Made by a program: the position numbers and the translations under genes. Of a stretch of 27,959 nucleotides of DNA, positions 15,090-27,000 are shown piece by piece; position 1 is the stretch's first letter; the number at the start of each line of letters is the position of its first letter. The stretch comes from a virus (Duplodnaviria > Caudoviricetes), in IMG/VR virus record IMGVR_UViG_3300005837_001445, positions 1-27,959 of that record, one strand, 5' to 3'. The notes under the pieces were generated by a model, which worked only from the letters and a program-made list of their open reading frames with translations, was not told the DNA's origin and ran no database searches.

Positions 15090-18000
15090 GTCGCGTCACC
15101 TGTGTGGTCTGAAGTACCGTATGTTACATCACCCTTATCGCCTTTAGGATGTAAAGATTGGCTAAATCTAGGTTTTACATTAAAGTCGCCATCTCTAGGG
15201 GTATCACTAGCATGATGCTGTAAAGTATTTTGACTAGGAATTAATCTCACAACAGAATCTAGTAAACTTGAATTATCCACAAAATTAGAACCTTTTAGAT
15301 TTGGACCCATAGCGCTAGGAACTTGGTCGTTTGTGTTTATCATGTAGAAAATTGGCATATATGGACCATTACTATTTGGTACTCCTCTATTGTCAGGAGT
15401 GTTTGCGTCTGCTACCCTTCCATTAGGTGTGTCGTATGTAAACAACCCATATTTACCACCAGCAGTTCCTTGAAAATAATCTCCTCCTGTTTGTGTTGTG
15501 GGCGCAGATTTAGACCTAAAAGTTTCAACATGATATTTATCTAAAACTCTAATTGGTCTTAATAAAAATTTTACAGTTTGGTCTTTGTCATTATTTCTAA
15601 TGCTATCAGAAGTGTAACTAGTTGTGCTTTGATAAGGATTAGATGTATTATTAGAACCCGTTAAACTGGCAACTCCCCAACCACTATCATCAAACAAACC
15701 GGAAAAACTTCTTGCTTCTAAAATATAATCTCCACCAAGAGGTCTCATGTTAGATGTATGACTAAATTTCAAAACACCATTATTTGCGCCATATGTATTA
15801 TTGAAACTTAAATTGGTAAAATCTGCTTCAGTCAAAGTTTGGCTTCCAATAGAATGTGCTCCAGTTAAGACTGTTCTTTGACCTACATTTCTGTCAGTAT
15901 GTAAAGAATGAGCCTCAGTATTTATCACGATATGAGATGTGTCTTTATTTTCAATATTTTGAGCGTCTATACCAATACGAGGAGAACTTCTTGAAATTAC
16001 ATCTTTGTGGGGGCTATCTCCTACAATATTTTCTACTTTATCACTTACTACTGCTTCAGGTTTTAGCAACCCATCTTGACTAATTTCTAATCTAGCGCTT
16101 ATCCCTCTAGGGACTTCATCGGCTTGCAGTACGTCGTTACGGGGGCGTAACAAACCCGTACCGAATGAAGGTTCTGCGGTGTGGTGAGATAAAACTACTC
16201 CAGTAGTATGTATAGGGCTAGAAAGTTCTGTAAGGATATCTTCATTAAACATTGTAGGGTATCTCACTCCTCTTCCACCACCCATATCACCAATTCTCAA
16301 AGCATGTGTAGGAGCAAACACATCAACTAAAATTGTACTACTTCCATTATTATCATTATTTAGTCTACCACCAAATCTTGGAATTGTATGATTTGTTTGT
16401 AAATCAACATCACCGCTAGAATCTAATACATTCTTCATGTTAAAAATTGGTTTTCCGTTATTCCATATTCTTTGGAAAGGTGTTCTGTTGTTGGTTCTGT
16501 CGTATTCGTAAGCGTCTCCACAGTCCCATGCCGGTCTAATACCAAATCCGCGCACTGGAGCGCGTCTTACAGCCTCTCCACGAGTGTTACCCCACCAATC
16601 TACCATATAGTACTGAGAAGCCTCTGTAAGCCTTGTAATTGACTTACCTTCAGAATCCCCCCACCAGTCTCTTTCTACCTTGTTATTATTTCTTAGAGTT
16701 CTTACTGGCGCTCCGAAGGGTCTTACCATTCTTCTACCATCACTTCTACGAACTTGAGTTTCATATCTATCTGAACCTAATTGTCCAGCAAAATTTGTGT
16801 TTCTTTCCATAATACCAACATAAGTTTTAGGGAATGCTCCTGCTGTACTACCGTCTGCTTTAGCCCAACTTCTATTTTCATATTGCACTAAAGGCCCTGC
16901 TCTATAGCCTACTGAGCCTACTGAGCCTATTACATCCTCTAAAGCAGCACGAGTGGGTGTAAGACCCCATCTAGGTCTATTTAGTGGTTGTCTGAGGCTA
17001 ATTCTATAACCAAAAGGTAACCTATAATTTTGATTTGTGGTTATTTTTGCAGCAGTAATTCCATTATTTCTTGAATAATTATTGTTAATATTTGTATTAT
17101 CATACCAACGATATAAATCATCAGAAGCATATTTTCTTGGATAAATCCAACTAGCCCCTGCTTGCACAAATACATCCGGTCTACTACTATGAGGACCGCC
17201 TCTACTTCCACAAGGCCAAAATCTATTCAAATGAATATTTGTACTTGCTTGATTTACACCTGCTTGATTATGGTCTGAATCAGCAGCAGCAACCACACCT
17301 GTTTTATCTACATCTGGAGTTTTAATTCTCAAATCAAATGGTCCAGTGCTCATTCCATAAATTACATCTTGATAACGTATAGTTTCAAAATGTTCAGGTA
17401 ATAAATTATATGCTGCTTTATCTACTGCTCTATCTGAAGTATCATTATCATAAGTTCTACTAGAATCAGAATAGAATGTATATGGTCTACCTAAATTATG
17501 ATTCCAAATACATAAGAAAGCGTCTGGAGTATGATAATTATATGTATCATTAGTACCTTGCTTTAAACTACTAATTGTATTTGCAATTATACTTCTATTT
17601 ATATTTGTAAATATATTATCTGCTGGCATTGTATCATATGCTCTAGTTAATTTTAATTCTGTACCTGTTGTAATATTATTAAAGAAATCACCAGTAGATA
17701 CTCCAGAAAATACATTAGATACATTTACAGTGCCGTTTTGAAGCCCATTTCTACGTGTATATGTGGATGTTTGACGTACACCATTAGAATCTACATATTC
17801 TAATTGTTGTCCATAGTAAGGAGTTTCTGGGAATATACTAGCATCATCTACTGTTACATTAGGAGATGATTTAGATACAACAACACATTTTGGATTTAAT
17901 GATGTATTTTGTAATATATGTGAATATATATCTGGATATATTGTTGGATATCCTGCAATTGTTAATTGTATTCCTATACTACCTAAAGTACTTCTTGATA

Positions 18001-21000
18001 ATTCATAGTAATTATCTAACCTATTTTGGGATATATGTCTAAACCCATTAGAACCGCTATCATCTGGTGCTACTTTGTGAAGAATACTCCACCAAGGAAT
18101 ATTAATTGAATAACCGGGTGTAGATTTAGAAAAACGTTTTGAATATGGGAAAGCCCTTCTAGTAAAACTAGGACTCTCACTCATTTCTATACCAAACGGA
18201 TTGAAAGTACTTAGCGGAGGAGTTTTTGTAAATTGGCTACCAAAGTCTGCATCTTGGTCTAATATAATTTCATTTATGAAAACTTCACAACCTCTTACAT
18301 CTGCTTGTGTTGCATCTGATAAATACAAAACTAATGCTCCAGTTGCAGAAACATATTCAGTCCCAATTACAGTATTTACTTGTTGACTAGTTAATTTTTG
18401 AGCGCTACTGTAATAATGATAGCCAATAATTTGTGTGTTGAAAATATTTGGTTGAATAACTATTTGGTAAGCACCAACTTCCCTTGGGTCTGGGAAATGA
18501 TGTTGAAGTGTATATTTCTTAGCGGCTTCTAAAACTATAGTATGTCCACCAGCCTTGTTAATTATTCCAGCATTCCCTCTTGCCCCTAATACCCCGTAAC
18601 CATCCCATTTTATGCCAGTTTCGAACATTAGAGAAAATCCACCACCAGCAAGGTCTGAAGGCCCTGAAGGTGTAGCGGTTAATCCACTGAAGAAAAATTC
18701 AGGTTCTAATGGACTCATTTTTTCTGTTACATTTGTTGTTATGTTAGAACTTACAGATAATGCTGTTTTTTCTTCATCGAATAATTTACGGTCTCTAAAT
18801 CCATTTAGAGATGCTAATTCCGCTAAATGTCTTTGATATACACTTTGATATGCAGGGTGGGCTAAATGTCCCGGTAACATAGGCATTGTAGCATTTACAA
18901 AGTGATGACCCATTCTTGGATAAGGCATAGGTGTCAAAACAGGTTTAGTGTAAATTGTATGGGCTTCTGTATTAGAATCTACACCTGTAAAATATTGAGT
19001 ATGAGACATATCTGGACTTGAACCACTAACTTCAGCATGGTCTCTAATTCTTGCAGCAGCATAAAATCTAGCACTTCCTGCTGGCATGTAATATGAAGGA
19101 ACTATTTTCAAATTGGTAATAGTTTGTGCAGCCATAAATTTTGTAAAATCTACATCACCTACAACTCCTGTAAATGTAGCCCCCGATATTCCTGTATAGG
19201 ATGCCACTACAGATTCTTCAGTTGTAGGATTGTAAATACGAATAAATCTTCTATTATCTTTTACTTCTTTTGTTGCAAAATCAGCATCATATATTCTTGT
19301 ATTTATTGTGGCGTTTGCTGTTAATACAGAAGAACTATCCCATGAAGAAACTGTAAGAGCCTGATTTTCTACACCATTAGAATGAGTGTAAGTAGTAGGG
19401 AAACGGTGTGTGTGGCTGTGTCCCATTTTTGTTACGTGGAAAAATAATGTACGGTCATGTAATTCGTAACTGGTTCGCAGTGGTGCGTTTTTGGTTGCTT
19501 GAACCCAACCAGTTTTTACACTTTCATTCGTTACGGGGTCTATATGCTCCCAGTTCACTTCTTCAAATGTGGGTGCTAAATATAGACTTCCGCTATTTTC
19601 TTTATCATCAAATAAATGTTTCAAATCATTTTCAGATAGGTCTGCATGTAAAAGTCCACCACTTCCAAAAGTTTCATTTTGATATGCCATAATCGGGTCA
19701 AATCCTGAACGCACAATAATATTTCCGGGTATTGTTTTTGGGTCAGGTAAAGCAATCATCAAATTAGGTTTAGAACCGCTATTTGCTAAACTTGGACTTT
19801 TACCTTTTACATCTCTATTTGTCACAACATTAAATGTTCTAATTACTGTACCTAAAGGGCTACCGCCTTGTACTATATGTTCTTCACCACTATCATCAAC
19901 AACAGTAATTTCTTCAAATTGAATTTCTTCATTTGGAATGTTCATTACATTTGAAAGTAATTTTTCTTCATATGGAATTTCTATTGAAGGGAGCACCGCA
20001 CTATTTGTAGTCTCAAAACTAAATCTCACATTACCAAATATTTTTTCTCCAGATGTATGTGCTGTCCCACTTAATACTCTAGTAATTTTTGGAACAGCGC
20101 CTAACCCCCTATAATTCATACTTGGTAAAGTTAAATTTCCACCATCCATTCTCTTCCAAACAATATTTTCTGTATTGAAATTTAAAGATGAACTTCTCTT
20201 ATACAAATCAAAAGCATGGATATCTCCCTTCCAATAATCATCAGGGTAATCACTATCACTTGTGTATGCTGTGCCACCCACATAGTACTCCGGTACAACG
20301 TTACGCTCTACCGTAACGCCCGATTCTAGGTTATATGAACCTAAAGAGAAATCTAAATCAGTAACTAAATTACCAGTTTTTGCTCTATCTGGTGTAGCGT
20401 TTTCTAATCTTAAATCAGTCACACTTCCTGAATGGAAAGTGTAGGCTGATAAATCTGCACTGTAAGTTGGTAAAGCGGTATCATCTACAATCAATGCTTC
20501 TACATTAGGTCCAGCGTGTGCAGGAGCAATGAATCTATCTTGGCTATGGAATCTTTCATCCCATTGTGTTGTACCTGCAAATTGTAATTGATTTGAACTT
20601 TCACCTTTCAAAACTAAAAAGTCCCCAACAGCAGTACTACCATCTCTGTCTTTCTTTGCAATCAAAGCGAACTCAGATTCTGAAGAAACCACTAACCAAG
20701 CATTTCCGCTTAAACCTTGAGGGTGATGTAATTCTTCAGGTAAATCTGATGTAATATCATAATTTACAGGTTTAGTGTGTAGAGTATCTGGTGCATTATC
20801 GTCTGTATCTTTTCTTGAATATGATAGATTATTTGCAGTGTATGTTACACCTGTGGATGTATTGTAGGGGTCATTTATGTAAGTCATAAGAGCACTACCT
20901 AAACCATCTACAGGTGGTAAACTTTCAGGACTTCTTGCTAACGGAGCAACTATTGGAATTGTGCTAAGAGTATCATATACACTTGAAGATGTACCATAAG

Positions 21001-24000
21001 GACTGAAATTTAGAAGTTGATGATACGCACCTAAACCAGCAGCATAACCTTCATCTCCTACTTTCAAACTATTTAGATACGAGTATCTTTCACCATGCCA
21101 ACCGGCAGCACCGACTGGTCTTGTACGGTCTATTGCATCTACTAAGCCACTAAAATGAACTTGAGCCATATGACTTCTCGTTGCTTCGTTTTCGTTATTG
21201 AAACGGTGAACGCCCGCTTTACTCCAAACATAAATATCTACTGAGCCATCAATTGTAGGGAAATTATTACTATTTGCTAAGGTAGTATTATTCTCAAATT
21301 TATTTGTATTTGAAACTCTATTAGGAGCAAGATAAAATTTTACCTTCCAACCGCTATCATTGAAAACTTCTCTAGAATGATATGTAGCCCAAGCAGCAGC
21401 ACTAGTGTTAGATTTTAACCAACCTGATGCGGGTATTTGTTCTAGTTCTGCTTGTGTTGTATGGTCTGACGAACTATAGGTTACACTCAAAGGTGCAGTA
21501 GAAGTATTGTATTCTACGAATGTGTCTAAATGTACCCAACCGTAACGGTCTTGTCGCATAGAATTACCCATACTTGGCATGTGTGTACCACCAATAGATT
21601 TCAAAGCACCAGCACCGGGGAATGAGTTTATTGCCAATCCTAAAACTGTAGCCAATTCATTTCCATTTTGACATCTTGTAGCATCAACTATGATGTATTC
21701 TCTATCTATATCTCCATCAACTAATGCCCCCTCTGCTGCTGCATAATTCAAAACTTTAGTAGTGATTGGTCCTGCTACTCTATAGGCAGTAGGATGTAGT
21801 TGACCGCTAACTCCCCAAGTTGAAAGTATTGTATCACTCTTAGGATGTGGTGGATTAAATGTTAATTGATTGTCCATCCAAGAACCACCGGGATGATAAC
21901 CTCCATCCATGTGAAATACATTGTCAGCGCCCATAGCAATACCAAATCCTAACATGGAATTATGACGTAGTGGCATAGACCGTAAGGTATCGTTATTAGA
22001 ACCTGTAGAGCCACCATCTACAAACATTTGTCCATACATTCTACCACTTTCTGGTCTTTGTTTTAGAACACCTATCAACGGCTTACCTGCTGGAGTTTCC
22101 CAATTCAAAGGTGTACGCCAGTGGAATCTATGGTGAGCGTTATGATATGTGCTAGTCATAGGCATATAATCGTCTGCGTCATTTTGTATTTCATTAGGAA
22201 TAAAAGTCCCTTCTGGAATTATAGACCAAGAATTACCTGTTGTTAAAACTCTTCCAGTATGAGGTTGTGTAGAATTAAAACCACTTGCGTTATCAGCAAC
22301 TTCTTGAGTGAAAGGGAAAGCCTGTCCGGGTCCAAAAATTATGTATGTAGTTTTATTTTCAGTTCCGTTTACATGGTCTCCGTAACGCGCTGTAGGATGA
22401 GCAAATCTCAATACTAAAGGACTTGGCCTTTGAACTACAACACCACTAGAATACGGAGAACTATTAGGATGGTCACTGTTTATACTTCCACCAGCATTAT
22501 CTAAATCTGGAGATAATATATTGTCCCTATTGTGTGCTGGAGGAATAATACTACCCCTGTTTTGATTTAATAAAGGTGTGCCGGGGAAGAAAGCCATCAT
22601 AGCGTTACAATCTAAAATTGCATGGCTTGTCACAATCTCATTTGCGTTTTGAATACCAGATGAACCAGTAGGCCCAGAAGCGTAGGGATGTGTATAGAAA
22701 TCTGTATAATCATTCATAGTACCATCATTTACATCTAACACAACACCACTAAAACCACCACCAAAGAAGACTGGTACATTATTGTCAATACTACTTCTCC
22801 CTCCAGTAAAATATACTATAGTAGATGAATCTACACTTCCTAAACTTCTAAAGCCATCAAACTTACTTATTCTACTATTAGCAAATTGAGATACTACACC
22901 AACACTATTATTTGCTATTTCATTATCTTTTAATGCAGTTGTCAACATTGGGGATTGAGTACCAACAATAGGTTCTATTCTATTTAGAACTGTAGCGCTA
23001 CCTGAGTCTGCACCTTGATGGGTTACAAATTGAGCAAATACATCATCCCAAAAGTATACACTTTTTCTTTCACTTACAGACCTTACAGTTCCTGTGTCTT
23101 TTGTTGCTGGTGCTAAAAAGTGCCAACAAACATTATCTGATTTTAAATCCACATAAGATAGTACTCCTGAACTTGAACTCGTTGCTACATAAAATAAACT
23201 AGGATTATCTATCTTAGGAATTATGTGGTCTCCCGATACGTTTGTAAAATTAGAGCCAGTTAAATTATTCTGCCAATTTTTTAGAGGAACTTCTTCATTA
23301 GAAGAATTAACTATAATAGGTGTTTCAGTATTACTATTAGGACCAAAAGATTTTGAAATAATTTGTAAAACTGTAAACGGAATATAACCACAATCTATAC
23401 TTCTTCCATTATCTATTTGAGTATCTGTTACGACTCTTTGTGTACCAAAACTCCAAGTTCCAGTAGAATTATTTGTTTGTTCAACTTCTCCATATTCTAA
23501 ATGTGCCGCTTGTATACCTAAATCTTGATGCACACTAGCATAGTATTTTTTAGATAAAGGAACTACTTCTCTTTCAGTATCAAAAGCCCTAATTATTATA
23601 CTATCAGATTTTATTCCCCAATCTCCGAATGTTCTTCCATCTGCTGCATACATTTCTGTACAATCAAATTTTACACCTTCTGGATTATTTACATCTGTAG
23701 CATTTATCGCTGCCGTTGTAACTGCCGCTAATAATTCGTCAGTAACTAAAGTAGTCCAATTTATACTGGGAGAAATAAGATAATTGGTTAATGTCACATC
23801 ACCTGTATATTCAGAAACTATTCCGTAAAACTCGTGTGGTCCAGCATTGCCATTTTGAGTTCTGGATGTATAATGTAATGTTAAGCCAGTATTACCCGAA
23901 CCCGAAGCATTAGTAATTTGTATTCTCCCATTTGTTTTTGGGAAACCTAAGTAACCTAAAATATCATGATGTTCATTTTCTTTTGAAGGCGTATTATCGT

Positions 24001-27000
24001 AAGGGTCATCTAATACTACTACCAATTTAGTAGTTGAATGAGTATAACTAGAACCAAGAACTATGTTTATTGCCATATTTCTTGCAGGATAAGGATTCCA
24101 AAGACCACCAAAATATTCTTTTTCCGTATCACCAGAAAAGCCAGTTAGTCTACCAGTCGCATCTCCTGTACCAACCATATTGTTTCCTAATGTAAAACCA
24201 CCATCTGCTACATTTTTATCATTAAAGAATACACATATATCTTCTTCTATAGTATCAGGTAACTTTGTTGCAGAATTAGATAAATCCTTGTGTACATCGG
24301 CATAAATAAATCTAATATTTCTTTTAGAACCAATGTGGTCTTTTAATTGTACACCAAATAATTGATTTTTTAGAATCTCTTTTTTCTGTATATCAGCAGA
24401 CGGTACATAACTTCCATAAGAAGATAAACTTGTATTTCCATATCTTTGTGCGAATTGAGTATTTCCTTTTTCGCCCATTCCCCATTTTCCAGCATCGGGT
24501 CCCCAACCCGGAACTCCCGCCTTAGTCATACCACCAAAATTAACTCGACTTACTGCTCTTGAACCAGTTCTTAGTCCATGAACAGTAATTTTATTTTCTG
24601 TATCTTCAAAAGACTCAGTAGTTATAGAATTAATTTGAGACCCTGCTAAAGAATCTGATATAGCCCTCAAAACAGGATTAGAGGTGTTATTATCACGAGT
24701 TGTAAAATCAGAATTTATTGTAAAATTAGTTTCAAAATCTCTATTTGTTAAATCGTGTAATGTTGTTATTGGTGGGAATGGTCTACCGTTTTTATCAAGA
24801 GGCATAGGAGCAGGGTGCGGTTTTTCGTTAGATGATTCAAGGGGTTGACCCCAAAAGTTTTGCCAACGCCCACCATGACCTATAATAAAATCAGGATGAT
24901 AATTCGTTTGACCTTTTGAATTATCTAACCAAACAGCAAAATTCCTACCACTAGCGCCCGGTACGGTGCTATGAATTACTATAGTGAATCCTGTATCACC
25001 TTTTTCATTTTGTACTTGTCTACCTATGTGTGCTCTGATGTAACCCATATGTGTACCTTTATCTTTAGATACTAATGAGGAATCATCCCACCAAGGTGAA
25101 GGGTCGTGTAAACTACCACCTAAATCTCCACTTGCTTTAGGTGCTGCCGCTTGATTTATTTTTCTTACAATTTCTAATGCCGCTTCTTCAACACTGCTAG
25201 TTTTCTCACCCACTTCACCAACATCAATTGTTAATCTCCTTACAAACTCCATTTGATTCCAATGTGGTAAATGCTGTAATCTACTCTCTTCGTGATTTGA
25301 TAAATCTAAAGTTTCATCTCTTATTCCCTTTAATGATAAAAATGCAGGTATAACTCTTGTACCATCAGGTGTATCAAAAAATGTACTTCCTTCTCTTAAA
25401 GTAGCACCACTTACATCTTTTCTTAATTTTTTAAGTTCCGTTACAAAACTATTTTCAAAACTTCTAATTCTAGAAAACTCATGTTTAGTATTACTGAAAA
25501 TAGATAGAACAACTTCATCGGAAGTACGTTTTGCTGCACTATCACCCAAAGCATATTTTTTCAATCCACCAGAAATTGAATAACCAGTATGAACGTGATG
25601 TCCGTGTGCTTTTCCATAAATAGAAGGAGAAGTAGCACCAGCAGAAGATGTGGCTAAACTAGCAGGTAAAGAGCCACTTAACGGTGTTAATACATCTGTA
25701 CCTATTCTATTTGCAACATCATGTGCATAAGCAGACTCTATAAATTTGGATTGTTGTGTGCTTCTAATGTAGGGGTTTTGTGAAGGATATCCATTCGCCA
25801 CATCTATTTGTGTGGTAGCCCAAGAAGGCCCTCCACCATTTAGTGTGGCTGTATATTCAGCCAAATCAATTAATGAGCCGTCTTTTACAATTTTTCTCGG
25901 CCAACCTATAGAAGCGGTTGATGGGCTAGATTGCACTTGCATTACTATATCTTGGAAAGCGATAAACTCTCTATCATGTGCTACATCATAAAGCAAAACC
26001 CTTGCATGTCCTTCTTCTACTAGATAAGGGTCTAAATACGCTATAGTTGGCGCTTCACTTGCTGATAACCCTAATGATTTGTAATTTTCTTCAATTGTTT
26101 TATTTACATGTTGAACATAATTTCTAGCAGTCTCTAAACAGTTTTCCCCAATTAAGAAATTTTCAAAAGGTACAGAATCTCTTGGATTTGTATCTAAAGT
26201 CCCTGTGCCACCAGTGAAACCTTTCCAGACTCTATTTTCATTCAATACACCCCTAGATTTAGCAAACAACCCTTCCATAGCATGTGGGTTATTCATAGTC
26301 ATATTACACCAAATTGTATCGCCGTCTCTTAAACCTCCTCCAGCGTAAGGATATACCCAAGATGTGTTTAAAATGGCATCAGGGTCTTCAACAAAGGCGT
26401 TACTAAAAGACACATATAGATTACCAGAAGTAACTACAACTCCAGTGTTACCAGTTAAAGTTACAGTATAATCAGTACCCGGAGAACCTGTAAAATCTCT
26501 TTTTGTGATAGCAGAAATTGTACCTATAGGTTCTAATCTTGTATAAGATTGGGTTCCACCATCAGTAAAAATATGGTCTCCTATTCTTAAATTAGCACCT
26601 AATGTATTAGAAGTCAGAGGAGTTACTGCTGTACTTGCTAAAGTAACATTAGTGCTACCAGATGTTGTTGTGACACTCCAACCAGTCGCCTGAATACAAT
26701 ATGTTTCGTATTCTTCGTCAAGTATAGATGCTGCTGCTATTGGAGTAACGTTGGCTCTATTGAAATTTATAATCGCTCTACTTCTTCTTGATAATGTAAT
26801 TTTCTTATCAGCAGCAAGCCAACTTGGAACTGTATGCGCTGCCGCATTATAAAACCCTAAAGCAATTGAGTTTTTTGGAACGTTTTCTGAATCAGCAGTT
26901 CTAATTCTCCCATAATAATGTAATCTTCTAGTAGTGCCAGAATCATCTAATTCTATTTCATATAGAAAATCACCAATACTAAAATCTAAAGATGTTAAAT

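Noticed and set aside
16906-16929. 9-bp tandem repeat (gcctactga)n encoding GSVGSVG
   Set aside because: Only about 2.5 in-frame copies, most likely trivial slippage.
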